From assembly GCA_040876345.1 (NCBI GenBank), contig JBBDPM010000006.1:6803-70802 (forward strand): a DNA stretch of 64,000 bases, read 5' to 3'. Position numbers and translations under genes: made by a program. Below are positions 40,304-51,022 of this stretch, in pieces. Each line of letters begins with the position of its first letter. Within the stretch, counting starts at the first letter, position 1. This DNA comes from Candidatus Woykebacteria bacterium (lineage in GTDB: Bacteria; Patescibacteriota; Microgenomatia; Woykebacterales; RBG-16-39-9b). Below the pieces are notes generated by a model, which had not been told where the DNA came from, made no database searches, and saw only the letters and a list, made by a program, of their open reading frames with translations.

Positions 40304-42823
40304 ATGGCTGAATCAAACGAAGAAACCCCTCAGGAACCAATTGAAAAAAGCAATCTTGGAAAAATCGCCCCGGTTGAAATAGTCGACGAGATGCAGCGCT
40401 CGTATTTGGATTACGCCATGAGCGTTATTGTTTCTCGTGCGCTACCAGATGTAAGAGACGGCCTCAAACCAGTCCACCGGCGAATTCTTTACGCTATGCA
40501 CGAGATTGGTCTTACTCACAGCGCAAAATACCGAAAAAGCGCTACTGTCGTGGGAGAAGTGCTTGGAAAATACCACCCTCATGGTGACAGCCCAGTTTAC
40601 GACGCCCTAGTGCGCCTTGCCCAAAACTTTGCCATGCGTTACCCACTTGTTGACGGTCAGGGAAACTTTGGCTCAGTGGATGGGGATCCGCCAGCCGCCA
40701 TGCGTTACACTGAGGCTCGCATGGCCGAGATTGCTAATGAGCTTCTGGATGACCTTGAAAAAGACACCGTAAACTTTGTCGACAATTTTGACGCTACCCG
40801 CAAAGAACCAAACGTTCTTCCTGGAAAACTTCCAAATTTACTACTCAACGGCTCGGCTGGAATTGCCGTCGGCATGGCTACCAACATTCCGCCTCATAAC
40901 TTAGTCGAAGTCTGCGACGCCATAATTTTTTTGATTGACAATCCCGAAGCAGACGTTGAACAGCTAATGAATTTTATAAAAGGGCCAGACTTTCCTACAG
41001 GTGGGGCAATTTTTGACATTAATGAGATAACGGCTGCGTACGCTACGGGCAAGGGAAGAATTGTCATGAGGGCAAAAGCCGAGATTGAAGAAGACCGAAT
41101 GGGTAAATTCAAAATTATCGTCTCAGAGATACCATACCAAGTAAACAAATCACTTCTAATTGCCAAGGTGGCCGATTTAGTAAAAGACAAGAAGCTGGAT
41201 GGAATTTCGGATCTCCGGGATGAATCAGATAGGCGCGGGATGAGAATTGTATTTGAACTAAAGAGGGATGCCAAACCAAAAAACCTACTAAATCAACTAT
41301 ATAAACACACCGCCATGCAGCTTGCCTTCAACGTGAACACAGTTGCTTTAGTTAATGGCACTCCGCAAACCCTGACTCTTAAACAAATCTTGAGCGAATA
41401 CATCCGCCACAGGCAAGAAGTTGTCATTAGACGAACCAAATTTGAATTAGAAGCTGCTAAAAGACGGGCTCACATCTTAGAGGGGTTGAAAATCGCCTTA
41501 GATCATCTTGACGCGGTTATAAAAACTATTAGGGAGTCGGCTAATGCAGATATAGCCAGAACCAACTTGATGGAAAAGTTTAAACTGACTGAGATTCAAG
41601 CAACGGCTATTTTGGATATGCAACTTCGCCGTCTTGCCGCCCTTGAGCGAAAACAAATTGAAGATGAGTATAAACAGGTTTTGAAAACTATCGCTCATCT
41701 GGAGGATCTTCTTGCCTCTCCAAAAAAGATTCTGGCGGTGATAAGTAAGGAACTTACCGAGATCAAAGAAAAATACGGTGACGAGAGAAGAACAAGAGTC
41801 TACAAACAAGGTGTAGGGGAATTTTCCGAAGAAGATCTCATCCCCTCTGAACAAGCCATTGTGACTGTAACCAAAGAGGGCTACATAAAAAGAAGCCCGA
41901 CCTCAACTTTCCGCACGCAAGCCAGAGGTGGCCGAGGAGTAAGTGGTCTCACCATGAAAGATGAAGATCAGGTAGCCAATATTTTTTCGGCCAACACTCA
42001 CGATTCAATTATGTTCTTTACGAACAAAGGAAAAGTGTATCAACTCAAAATATATGATCTTCCGGAAGGATCCCGCTTTTCTAAAGGTCAGGCAGTAGTT
42101 AATCTTATCGAAATCGAACAAGGAGAGATGGTAACTTCGATAATTAATATTCCCAAAAATATCAAAACTGGCTACTTGTTCATGGCTACAAAAAAAGGAA
42201 TTGTGAAAAAAACGGATATTAAGGAATTCGCCAACATTAGGCGAAGTGGAATTATCTCCATAAACCTAGCCAGCGGTGACGAACTCTCCTGGGTGACTAT
42301 GACCGGGGGAACAGACAATATAATAATGGTAACCAAGACGGGTATGTCTATATACTTCTCCGAGAAAGACGTGCGAACCATGGGTCGGCCAACTGCCGGT
42401 GTTCTCGGAATACGGTTGAAGGAGGGTGATGAGCTGATCAGCATGGATAAGGCGACTAAAGACCATCTTCTTCTTGTGGTAACCCAAAAAGGTTTTGGCA
42501 AGAAAAGCAGGCTATCTGACTGGCCCTTGCAGAGAAGGTCTGGCTCCGGTGTTAAGGCGGCCGAAATTGTAGCGCGAAACGGGAAAGTAGTTGGCGGTAT
42601 TATCCTGGAAAAAGAAGATAGTGACTTTATAATAACTTCACAGGGAGGCCAAGTTATTAAATCCCCCCTAAAAGGAGTCCCCACTCTTACAAGACAAACC
42701 CAAGGAGTAATTCTAATTCGGTTGGCAAAGAAAGATGATGTGGTAGCTGCCGTTACTTCAATATCTAAAGAGCCAATAGAACAAGAGAAAAAGGAAGCTA
42801 AAAAACCAAGAGGCGAGGCTTAA
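40304..42823 (+). CDS. gyrA: DNA gyrase subunit A
   Basis: [21 protein letters not shown], GyrA-box QARGGRG; promoter TTGCCA-17 bp-TATAAT 8 nt before the ATG. Confidence 0.97.
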   Translation: MAESNEETPQEPIEKSNLGKIAPVEIVDEMQRSYLDYAMSVIVSRALPDVRDGLKPVHRRILYAMHEIGLTHSAKYRKSATVVGEVLGKYHPHGDSPVYDALVRLAQNFAMRYPLVDGQGNFGSVDGDPPAAMRYTEARMAEIANELLDDLEKDTVNFVDNFDATRKEPNVLPGKLPNLLLNGSAGIAVGMATNIPPHNLVEVCDAIIFLIDNPEADVEQLMNFIKGPDFPTGGAIFDINEITAAYATGKGRIVMRAKAEIEEDRMGKFKIIVSEIPYQVNKSLLIAKVADLVKDKKLDGISDLRDESDRRGMRIVFELKRDAKPKNLLNQLYKHTAMQLAFNVNTVALVNGTPQTLTLKQILSEYIRHRQEVVIRRTKFELEAAKRRAHILEGLKIALDHLDAVIKTIRESANADIARTNLMEKFKLTEIQATAILDMQLRRLAALERKQIEDEYKQVLKTIAHLEDLLASPKKILAVISKELTEIKEKYGDERRTRVYKQGVGEFSEEDLIPSEQAIVTVTKEGYIKRSPTSTFRTQARGGRGVSGLTMKDEDQVANIFSANTHDSIMFFTNKGKVYQLKIYDLPEGSRFSKGQAVVNLIEIEQGEMVTSIINIPKNIKTGYLFMATKKGIVKKTDIKEFANIRRSGIISINLASGDELSWVTMTGGTDNIIMVTKTGMSIYFSEKDVRTMGRPTAGVLGIRLKEGDELISMDKATKDHLLLVVTQKGFGKKSRLSDWPLQRRSGSGVKAAEIVARNGKVVGGIILEKEDSDFIITSQGGQVIKSPLKGVPTLTRQTQGVILIRLAKKDDVVAAVTSISKEPIEQEKKEAKKPRGEA

Positions 42824-44055
42824 GGGATAGGAAATTTCGAGGATAGTGAACGGGCTTCTTTCAAGACCTCACCGTAAACTTTTTCATTACCAAGATTATT
42901 GACCACTTTAACGGTAAGCTCTCCAATTGTTCTCATCTCTTTCTCCCTCATCCCTCTCGTTGTTACAGCTGGTGTGCCAAGTCGGATGCCACTTGTTACA
43001 AATGGTGTACGGGTTTCGCGCGGCACTGTATTTTTGTTTGAAATTATCCCGCTCGCTTCAAGAGCTAAAGAAACTTCCTTGCCGGTTGGTCCCTCCGACC
43101 CAAGGTCAACAAGTACCAAGTGATTATCAGTACCACCACTTACAAGGCGCAGACCTCCATTAGTCAAGCCCTCAGCCAAAGCTTTAGCATTCTTAACAAT
43201 TTGTTGGCCATATTTTTTGTAAGAGGGGGTTGAGGCCTCCTTTAAGGCCACAGCGATCGCGGCGGTAGTGTGATCGTGCGGACCTCCCTGAAGGCCAGGA
43301 AATACTGCCTTATCAATCTTTTTGGCAATCTCTTCATCATTTATCAAAAGCATCGCGCCACGAGGACCCCGCAGTGTTTTGTGAGTAGTTGTCATTATTA
43401 CATCTGCAATTCCAACAGGGCTGGGATGAACACCGGCTACTATCAAGCCAGTAATATGAGAGGTGTCTGCTAAAAGGTAAGCTCCAACTTCGTCGGCAAC
43501 CCTGCGAAATTCCTTCCACTCTACAATCCTTGGGTAAGCCGTAAAGCCGCAAACGATGACTTTTGGCTTGTGCTTTTTGGCAAGGGATAGTATCTCGTCA
43601 AAATTTAATCTTTCTGTTTCTTTGTCCACTTCGTAGCCGATTGCACTAAAGATTTTTCCAGAAAAATTAACTGAGGCGCCGTGGGTTAAGTGCCCACCAG
43701 ACGTCAGCGACAAACCCATAATTGTCTCACCTGGCTCAGTAAGTGCCATGTAAGCTACTTGATTTGCAGGAGAGCCAGAGTAAGGCTGGACGTTGGCAAA
43801 GTTAACGTCAAAAAGTTTCTTGGCCCGTTCAATTGCCAATGATTCAACTTCGTCTACCCATCTATTCCCAGCGTAATAACGCTTGTGGGGGTAGCCTTCT
43901 GAGTATTTATTGGTGAAAACACTTCCGGTGGCCTCCAAAACTGCCCTGGAAACATAATTTTCCGAAGGTATCAGGTTAATATCTTCAGCTTGACGTTTCT
44001 CTTCTTTTTTTATAATGTCAAAAACTTTGGGGTCGAAGAATTCGAGGCCTTTCAT
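42820..44055 (-). CDS. glyA: Serine hydroxymethyltransferase
   Basis: [33 protein letters not shown]. Confidence 0.97.
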   Translation of the reverse strand: MKGLEFFDPKVFDIIKKEEKRQAEDINLIPSENYVSRAVLEATGSVFTNKYSEGYPHKRYYAGNRWVDEVESLAIERAKKLFDVNFANVQPYSGSPANQVAYMALTEPGETIMGLSLTSGGHLTHGASVNFSGKIFSAIGYEVDKETERLNFDEILSLAKKHKPKVIVCGFTAYPRIVEWKEFRRVADEVGAYLLADTSHITGLIVAGVHPSPVGIADVIMTTTHKTLRGPRGAMLLINDEEIAKKIDKAVFPGLQGGPHDHTTAAIAVALKEASTPSYKKYGQQIVKNAKALAEGLTNGGLRLVSGGTDNHLVLVDLGSEGPTGKEVSLALEASGIISNKNTVPRETRTPFVTSGIRLGTPAVTTRGMREKEMRTIGELTVKVVNNLGNEKVYGEVLKEARSLSSKFPIP

Positions 44056-44150
44056 GTTACCAGGCTACCACAAGAAACCCCAAAAAGCAATTTACTTATT
44101 AAGACTTATAGTGTATAATACTTTCATTCTAGTAAGAGAGGAGGTGAAAC

Positions 44151-44480
44151 ATGGAAACACCGAGAAGTTTCCTCTACCTGGCACTGCTGCACCACGGCAA
44201 GTTACTGGTTGAGCGTTTGGATGTTAGGGAACGTACTCCCGCAGCCGTAGCCCTAATCGCTCACTGGTACCAGATAGGGGAGATAAGCAGACAGGACGAG
44301 GAGTCCCTATTCAATTGCTGGAGGGAGCTTTCCTTGCACGTCTTTGCTTGTAGTAAAGATAAAGAGCAGAGACGTGAGGAAAATCTCGTGACTAGCCGGC
44401 AAGACTTTGCGGAAGTTCTAATATCTGGATACGCGGAGTTCCGCAAATGTCTTGATCAACGCCTGGCCAAAGCTGCCTAG
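44151..44480 (+). CDS. Small hypothetical protein (109 aa)
   Basis: Perfect SD GGAGGTGA with TATAAT upstream; hairpin downstream. Confidence 0.7.
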   Translation: METPRSFLYLALLHHGKLLVERLDVRERTPAAVALIAHWYQIGEISRQDEESLFNCWRELSLHVFACSKDKEQRREENLVTSRQDFAEVLISGYAEFRKCLDQRLAKAA

Positions 44481-44652
44481 GGGGATCAAAAAAGTTCGGC
44501 GCACAGGTCGGGCGGTGTTGGCTGGTATTTGGGAGCAACACCGCTCAAACTCTCCATTAACACCTGATTTTTAACTATTTTAGCTAGGTATAAGATGCCT
44601 AACGCAAGATGCGATAATACCTGAGAATCCGAGAAGCTCGAAGGTTTCGAAG

Positions 44653-45579
44653 TTATAGAGCAATCTTATTCCCGGAGTGAAAAGCTTTATGAACCTCTTT
44701 TAACTGTTTATTCGTTATGTGGGTATAAATCTGGGTTGTGGAAATATTTGCATGACCAAGCATTTCTTGAACACTGCGTATATCCGCCCCGTTTATCAGA
44801 AGATCAGTTGCAAACGAATGCCGAAGGGTGTGCGGAGTTGCCTTGATTGGAATTTTTGCCTGTTTAACGTATTTCTCAAGTATCCGCTCAATTGAACGCG
44901 GCGACAGCCTCATTTTTTCACCACCTCTGCTTGGGTCTTCCTTGCCAGAATAGCGAATAAAGGCTGGTTTAAAAGGGTCCTTCCTCTGGCCAAAATACTT
45001 TGCCAGCCACTCTTTGGCGGCATCTGATAAGAAAACAATCCGCTCCTTCCTCCCTTTCCCGACCACTCCAAAGTCACCTTTATCTAAGTTAATTTGGTCT
45101 CGATCTAGTTTTTGTAGCTCTGAAACACGCAAACCAGTAGAGAAGAGGGTCTCAAGCAAAGCTTTGTCACGTACACCTTCAATTTTAGAAATATCAGGCG
45201 CGGACAAAAGTCTATCCAAATGTTCGTCATCCAGCACCTTAATTGGCCGAGGCTCTTGCTCACCAAGTTCGATTTTTTCGGCGGCCAAAGTCTCGATATC
45301 GTGCTTGGCAAGGTAGCGAAGAAACGCTCGCAAAGCGATAATAAAATAATTTTGGGTGACTCGTTTTAAGGAAAGGCCGGTTTTTTCATCTACGTAGCGG
45401 GCAAGGAAAACTCGGTATTTGCGGACCATCTCTTGGTCAATCTCCTTTGGGTCAATATCTTTCGCGAAAGATAGGAAGCGCCGCAGGTAATGGTCATAGT
45501 TACGAATTGTCAGCTGAGAAGCGTTCCTTTCAATCTCCAAATATTCTAAAAAATCAGTGATAAGTTTGGACAGTTTCAT
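44653..45579 (-). CDS. XerC/XerD-family tyrosine recombinase
   Basis: SAM-like N-terminus, TGLRVSEL, GKGRKER, HTLRHSFAT, MLGH...TTQIY. Confidence 0.93.
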   Translation of the reverse strand: MKLSKLITDFLEYLEIERNASQLTIRNYDHYLRRFLSFAKDIDPKEIDQEMVRKYRVFLARYVDEKTGLSLKRVTQNYFIIALRAFLRYLAKHDIETLAAEKIELGEQEPRPIKVLDDEHLDRLLSAPDISKIEGVRDKALLETLFSTGLRVSELQKLDRDQINLDKGDFGVVGKGRKERIVFLSDAAKEWLAKYFGQRKDPFKPAFIRYSGKEDPSRGGEKMRLSPRSIERILEKYVKQAKIPIKATPHTLRHSFATDLLINGADIRSVQEMLGHANISTTQIYTHITNKQLKEVHKAFHSGNKIAL

Positions 45580-45644
45580 AGATAGTATTATAACATATTG
45601 TGCGACGCAAAAACACTTCTTAAACCTGCTATAATACGCAAACG

Positions 45645-46217
45645 ATGGGTAAGATCTTTGACCACATTTTAAATAGAAACCTTGCTCACGTGACTAGATT
45701 TAATAATCGACCCCAGCATTTTCCAGAAAGTGTTGCTGAGCATTCCTTTTACGTTGCCTACATTACTCAGGTGCTTTGTTGGCTTTTGGAGGAGCGGAAA
45801 ATTAAGGTTGACACCAAAAAAGCGCTGCAGATGGCCTTAATTCACGATCAAGAAGAAGGCTTTAGCGGGGATATTTTGAATCCTTTTAAGCACTTTAATC
45901 AAAAAGTTTACAACGCAATCAAAGAAGTGAACAAGGAAACAATTGGCATGATGTTTGAGGATTTACCGGAAAAGACAGCCGAGGATTTTGTGGCTCTTTG
46001 GCGTGAAGAAACAGAGAGGGCTTCAATTGAATCTCAAATAGTAAAAATTGCCGACATTCTATCTTTAATATCCAAATGTTATGAGGAAATAGAAGCCGGC
46101 AATAACTATTTTTCGCAGATTTATAAAAAAGAGCTTAAAAATTTGAAAACGCTGGAATATTCTTGGTGGAAGAAAATCCGCGATCAAGTCCTCTCCGGAG
46201 CAGTGAAGCAGGCTTGA
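45645..46217 (+). CDS. HD-domain 5'-deoxynucleotidase (YfbR-like)
   Basis: ESVAEHSF, ALIHD, GDI, VKIAD motifs. Confidence 0.85.
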   Translation: MGKIFDHILNRNLAHVTRFNNRPQHFPESVAEHSFYVAYITQVLCWLLEERKIKVDTKKALQMALIHDQEEGFSGDILNPFKHFNQKVYNAIKEVNKETIGMMFEDLPEKTAEDFVALWREETERASIESQIVKIADILSLISKCYEEIEAGNNYFSQIYKKELKNLKTLEYSWWKKIRDQVLSGAVKQA

Positions 46218-46257
46218 TGCTTAACCTCATTTAACCAATCAATTTCGCCCTATAGTG

Positions 46258-46490
46258 TTGAAAAGCCTGTCACGGTATGTTAAAATCTTTATCGGATGCC
46301 CGGCTACAATTGTGCTGAGGGACTGACCAGTCGCAGCTCCAGCTTAGGCCTATTAAAAAATATTTTTAGGCCGAACCGATGGCAGAGGGCAACTTCTGTG
46401 CAAAGGGAAGGACTGGCGCCGGGCAAACCTTCACCGACTCCGTCTTCGTCGAGTCTGGCTCGATTAGGACGTGCGTTGGAAGGGTGGGTA
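46258..46490 (+). ncRNA. Promoter plus candidate multibranch structured RNA
   Basis: TTGAAA-17 bp-TAAAAT; closing stem TGCCCGGC (46297-46304)/GCCGGGCA (46418-46425) with three internal hairpins. Confidence 0.45.
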
Positions 46491-46590
46491 TGAGAAAGTT
46501 CACGAACCGAGAATTCAGCACCGACAACGCTGGATACGCTTGGCCAATCGTGATTCCGGATCACGACTCCTCTACCACCCCGCCTCATTT

Positions 46591-47778
46591 TTAAGAACCA
46601 ATTATTAGCAAAGTAGCAAGCACTACAGAATCTTTCCCAAACTTTTCTCTTAAAACATCAACTCTTTTCTCAAGCTCTAATCTTTTTTCACGGACTGATT
46701 CGAATAATAACGGCTGAATTACTCCGTCGGGCCCAGTGTTAAATTGAGAAACACCGATTCCAACCAACCTGAGGGGAGTTTTTCCGTCCCAAAGTTCTTT
46801 TAATAAGGTTTCGCCCATCTCATAAACTTCTTTCGTTATGTTGGTTGGGTAGGGGAGTACTCTTTGGCGAGAAACAGTCCGAAAATCGGCGTAACGAATT
46901 GTAACGTAAACGCATCGCCCAAGATATTTTTCCGACCTTACCTCTTCACCAACTTTTTCTACTAGTTTCTGCAGCATCGCCAAGATAAATTTTAAATCAT
47001 TACTATTTTTCGCAAAAGTTTCGCTGCGGGAAACTGATTTGGCTTCCACCCGAGGTATAAACCAAATTGTATCTTCGCCGTTGGCAGAGTGCCAAAGATT
47101 AATCGCAACTTGTCCCCAGGCTTTAATTTTCCCATAAGAAACACAGGCTAACTCTCCCAAAGTTATGACACCTAGGCGGTGAAAATACTCTTCCATTTTT
47201 CTACCAATTCCTGGCAGTTCTATAATAGGTAGGGGAGAGAGAAATTCTTTTTCGGCTCCTTTTGGCACGTAAGTTAACCCATCGGGTTTTTGAAAATCAG
47301 AAGCAACTTTAGCAACCACTTTAGTTGAAGCGATACCAATTGAGGCTGTAATCCCAACTTCTTTTTTGACTTCGTCTTTTATTTTCTTTGCCACGCTAGT
47401 CAAATCCGAATAAATCAAATCAGTGTTCGAAAAATCAAGAAAAGCTTCATCAATCCCAATCCGCTCTACTTTCGGAGCGTACCTAGCTGCTATTGAAAAA
47501 ACTGCATCGGACACTTTTATATATTCTTCGTAGTGACCACCTACAACAATGCAAGATGGACAGAGCCTCAGAGCTTGGAAAAGAGGCAGGCCGCTTTTTG
47601 CCCCGTACCGACGGGCTTCGTAAGAAGCAGTTGCCACAACCCCGCGGGGGACGCTTCGACCGTGTGGATCCACCCGACCAACCAAAATTGGTTTCCCCAG
47701 CAAAGAAGGGTTAAGTTTTTGCTCAACACTGGCAAAAAAAGCATCCAAGTCTAAGTGCATCCAAGAAGAGCGTGTCAT
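46591..47778 (-). CDS. dinB: DNA polymerase IV (Y-family)
   Basis: HLDLDAFFASVE, SYEARRYG, GIDEAFLD, KPDG, LPGIG; start set at ATG 47778. Confidence 0.95.
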   Translation of the reverse strand: MTRSSWMHLDLDAFFASVEQKLNPSLLGKPILVGRVDPHGRSVPRGVVATASYEARRYGAKSGLPLFQALRLCPSCIVVGGHYEEYIKVSDAVFSIAARYAPKVERIGIDEAFLDFSNTDLIYSDLTSVAKKIKDEVKKEVGITASIGIASTKVVAKVASDFQKPDGLTYVPKGAEKEFLSPLPIIELPGIGRKMEEYFHRLGVITLGELACVSYGKIKAWGQVAINLWHSANGEDTIWFIPRVEAKSVSRSETFAKNSNDLKFILAMLQKLVEKVGEEVRSEKYLGRCVYVTIRYADFRTVSRQRVLPYPTNITKEVYEMGETLLKELWDGKTPLRLVGIGVSQFNTGPDGVIQPLLFESVREKRLELEKRVDVLREKFGKDSVVLATLLIIGS

Positions 47779-47784
47779 AAGTAT

Positions 47785-47813
47785 ATTCTCCGAAATATAT
47801 ACGAATAAGTCAA
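47785..47813 (-). promoter_or_regulatory. dinB promoter with an overlapping direct-repeat operator candidate
   Basis: - strand TTGACT-17 bp-GAGAAT, 6 nt before the ATG; TTCGT-ATATAT-TTCGG at 47805-47790. Confidence 0.6.
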
Positions 47814-48120
47814 TTCGGACAAAGTGGATCAAAATAGTAAAAACTTAACATGGTTAGCTCAGACAACAAGTCTGAGCGCAGCACGCGAGAGTACTCTAGC
47901 CCATGAAATGGTCGCAGAGCGACTAGTGAGGTAATTTAGTTACGGAACGTGATATAATCGCCGCAGCCGGAAGTAGGAGAGTAGACCTGGCAACCGGGAT
48001 GACCCAGGAAAGTGGTTGAGGTCTCTAAGTCAATCACGGCTGACTCGGGAATAGGGGACCCGCGCCTTAACCGCAAGCGCAAAAAACCAACGAAAGCCAC
48101 GCACATTCACACTGGAGGTA

Positions 48121-49440
48121 ATGATGCAACTAACGAAGCCGAGAAACCTAGAACGGGTGGTTGTCACCGGAATGGGCGGAGAAACACCGCAAGGTGACTT
48201 AGAGCAAACCTGGGCGTCGGTGCTTGGCGGAAAGAGTGTAATCAAGCCCGTTGTCTACTCCATCCAGACACCAACCGAAGTGGGAAACCGGGGCAGAATC
48301 AAAAAACGAACCACCGTCAGGGAAGAAGTCTATCTAACCGCACCCCTGCCAGATGGGTGGGACAACGAACTTGACCCCAAAGACAAGAGAAGGACCGATG
48401 TCAACGGTCAGCTTCTTGTCTTGGGCATCGGCCGAGCCCTGAATTCAGCTTGCCTAACCGAGCGCGATCGAACTGATGTCGGTCTCATCACGGGCACCAA
48501 TCTGGTCTTCACCGAGTACAACGTCGACCAGATCGAGTGCTACATTCACTTTGGTGTAGCTGACCCATTGGCAGCAGCCAAAGTGATGATCAACAACGCC
48601 GCTGGCTACGGCGCAATTCGCTACGGTCTTGGCGGCCCCAACTTCGCCCTCTCCTCCGCTTGCGCAAGCGGTAGCATGGCGGTGGGGGAAGCGTTCAGAA
48701 AAGTCCAGTACGGGGACGCGCCAATCATGTTGGCGGCTGGAGTTGAAGGTGCCACTCACCCACAGAACCTCTACGCTTTCGAACAGGCAAAGGCCTACTC
48801 CACATCCCTCGATAAGGGAGCGGCAGCGAGTCGTCCCGGAAGCTGTTCTCGGGATGGGTTCGTAATGGGAAACGGCTGCGTCGTGCTCGTCCTCGAGTCT
48901 CTCAACTCGGCACTCGACAGGGGAGCGCCAATTTTGGCGGAAATCATTGGCTACGGCAACACAGACGATAAGGACAGCCTCTACGACCCTCCTGAAGATG
49001 GCGAAGGTCTCAAAAGAGCGATCATCAGATCTTTGCAAGACGCAGAGATCTACGATCAGCTCGCGGAGATAGCCGACCAATGCTACTACAACGGCCACAC
49101 CACAGGAACGCCTAATGGAGATAGCGCCGAACTGATGGCTATTAGGGACGCCTTCGGCCCAAAGGCCGTGAGGATGCTCAAGATGAGCTTCACCAAGAGC
49201 AGTACAGGCCATCTTCTCGGTTGTGCTGGTGCCCTTGAAGCTGCTCTGTGTGTTATGGTCATCCAGGACCAATTGATCCCACCAACCATCAACCTGGACG
49301 ATCCTGACACAAAGCTTGGTGGTCTCCAGGTTGTCAAAGACAACCCACTGGCAGCGACCATCAACTACACGATTAGTCCGTCTGCCGGCTTTGGCGGTCA
49401 CAACGGGTGCGTCGTTATCAGAAAGTGGAAAGGGGAGTAG
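48121..49440 (+). CDS. fabF: Beta-ketoacyl-ACP synthase II-like (FabF family), stand-alone
   Basis: VVVTGMG, SSACASG (Cys), RDGFVMGNG, NGHTTGT (His), KSSTGHLLG (His), GFGGHN; SD GGAGGT. Confidence 0.85.
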   Translation: MMQLTKPRNLERVVVTGMGGETPQGDLEQTWASVLGGKSVIKPVVYSIQTPTEVGNRGRIKKRTTVREEVYLTAPLPDGWDNELDPKDKRRTDVNGQLLVLGIGRALNSACLTERDRTDVGLITGTNLVFTEYNVDQIECYIHFGVADPLAAAKVMINNAAGYGAIRYGLGGPNFALSSACASGSMAVGEAFRKVQYGDAPIMLAAGVEGATHPQNLYAFEQAKAYSTSLDKGAAASRPGSCSRDGFVMGNGCVVLVLESLNSALDRGAPILAEIIGYGNTDDKDSLYDPPEDGEGLKRAIIRSLQDAEIYDQLAEIADQCYYNGHTTGTPNGDSAELMAIRDAFGPKAVRMLKMSFTKSSTGHLLGCAGALEAALCVMVIQDQLIPPTINLDDPDTKLGGLQVVKDNPLAATINYTISPSAGFGGHNGCVVIRKWKGE

Positions 49441-49458
49441 TAGGGATTGAAAGGATAG

Positions 49459-49518
49459 GGAGCAACGCTCTGCTGGTGTGCGCCTAACGGCCTGGCAGTA
49501 CCCAGTAGAGCGTCTCCA
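49459..49518. terminator. Hairpin after fabF
   Basis: ACGCTCTGCTGG ... CCAGTAGAGCGT flanked by GGAG/CTCC. Confidence 0.5.
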
Positions 49519-49520
49519 CT

Positions 49521-50315
49521 TTAAGTCTTAGACTTTCTCCACCTTGAATCAAGCGCTTCTTGTTCACTACAAAACCAACGCTCACCCTTACTCTCATCAA
49601 TCACTATCTTGTCGTAATATTTTTGGCCGAGTAAATGATAAATTTTCTCGCCAGAACTTGATATATTTCCTTTTATTAGGCATTGGCCAGACTGAGACTG
49701 AGTCTGATAGGTAGGATTAGTAACTCCAACAGCGTCGCATACTCCCCAAAGACCCTTATTATTTTCTCGAGCAAATTTTTCAGCTTTATTAAAACGATCC
49801 TGAAGTTTTACATCTGGTGGATAAGGGGAAGAATGAGCAAAACCTTCTTTAACCAAAATTTCGTTCATCAAAGTATCTCCAACCCAGATATAACGAAGAA
49901 GTCTCCCGTATTTGTCAGTCTCAGAAATGTCTTTTTCCAGCTTTACCTTTTTACCCTCAACCAAACTTCTATTTTTGGCAGTTGCTTCTTTTCCAAAGCA
50001 TTGTACCGACTTTCGGGGATCTACGGTTTCTGGTGTATCAATACCAATATAACGCACTTTTTGCCCACCCTCAAGCTCAACAGTATCTCCATCGACTACT
50101 TTTGTTACTAAAACCTCATCCCCTTTAGGAGAAGACAACCCATCAACATCAGTACCTGAGGGTGGGTTAAAAGTTTGACCACCCACTTGACCTCCAATTT
50201 CTTTCTTTACTATTTCTTCGGTTGTCTGTCGTGATAGTGAAGAGGAAACAAGAATAGTAGCGCCAAAGACTATTAACAGTGTGGAAATGAACGCCAAATA
50301 ACCTTTACTTTTCAT
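49521..50315 (-). CDS. Secreted thermonuclease (SNase) with a C-terminal Cys domain
   Basis: VVDGDT, VRYIGIDTPE, DKYGRLLRY, GLWG; CLIKGNIS...KIYH...WFC. Confidence 0.9.
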   Translation of the reverse strand: MKSKGYLAFISTLLIVFGATILVSSSLSRQTTEEIVKKEIGGQVGGQTFNPPSGTDVDGLSSPKGDEVLVTKVVDGDTVELEGGQKVRYIGIDTPETVDPRKSVQCFGKEATAKNRSLVEGKKVKLEKDISETDKYGRLLRYIWVGDTLMNEILVKEGFAHSSPYPPDVKLQDRFNKAEKFARENNKGLWGVCDAVGVTNPTYQTQSQSGQCLIKGNISSSGEKIYHLLGQKYYDKIVIDESKGERWFCSEQEALDSRWRKSKT

Positions 50316-50380
50316 AAAGCGCCTTCAAGTATAACCCCACTTGTTCCGCATAGCAAACTATGCTAATAATTAGTAAATAC

Positions 50381-51022
50381 GTGGGTGAACAAATAAATTT
50401 CACGACAGCAGATGGTGTAAGTATTTCGGCATCATTTGTACAATCTCCAACCCCTAAAAATACAGTGGTACTTTTGCTTCACCAACTGCGGAAAGACAGA
50501 TCCATCTGGGACGCTCTTGTGCAAAAGCTCGCTACCTCTGGTTTTTCTTCACTAGCGATTGATTTTCGAGGCCACGGTCAAAGTGGTGGTGGTAGCTGGG
50601 AAGACTTCAGCGATGATCAATTTAAAGCGATGATAGGAGATGTCGAGGCAGCCGGAAGATATTTGAAGGAAAGGTTACCCTCTTCAGAAATAGCGATCAT
50701 TGGCGCAAGTATTGGTGCTAATCTCGCCCTGAATTATGCCGTTAAAAATGAGGTTTCTAGAGTTGTGCTTTTATCCCCAGGTCTATCTTATCATGGGATA
50801 ACCACCGAAGAGGCCGCTTCAGGGCTTTCCAAACCCCTTTTTGTAGCCGCAAGCTCAGATGATCCCAACCCTGCTATGGACGCCATGAAAAGAATTGAAG
50901 AGCTAGCCATGACGCCAGATTCTTTGTTAAAAGTAGTCACTTATTCTGACGCCGGCCACGGTGTAAATATGTTCTCTAAGTATCCCCAGCTTCAAGACGA
51001 AATCGTGCTGTGGCTCAAATGA
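50381..51022 (+). CDS. Alpha/beta hydrolase
   Basis: DFRGHGQS, GASIG nucleophile elbow, C-terminal AGHG; start uncertain. Confidence 0.88.
   Translation: MGEQINFTTADGVSISASFVQSPTPKNTVVLLLHQLRKDRSIWDALVQKLATSGFSSLAIDFRGHGQSGGGSWEDFSDDQFKAMIGDVEAAGRYLKERLPSSEIAIIGASIGANLALNYAVKNEVSRVVLLSPGLSYHGITTEEAASGLSKPLFVAASSDDPNPAMDAMKRIEELAMTPDSLLKVVTYSDAGHGVNMFSKYPQLQDEIVLWLK

Noticed and set aside
44653-45579. Integron or prophage integrase
   Set aside because: Compact Xer-type protein without the IntI insertion; no attC array or phage genes adjacent.
46400-46490. c-di-GMP-I or ZTP riboswitch (GGGCAAACC; GACTGGCG...GGGC)
   Set aside because: The required partner motifs and spacing are missing. Kept only as an unclassified structured RNA.
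48454-49401. 315 aa antisense ORF
   Set aside because: Shadow of the GC-rich fabF-like gene; no motifs or initiation signals.
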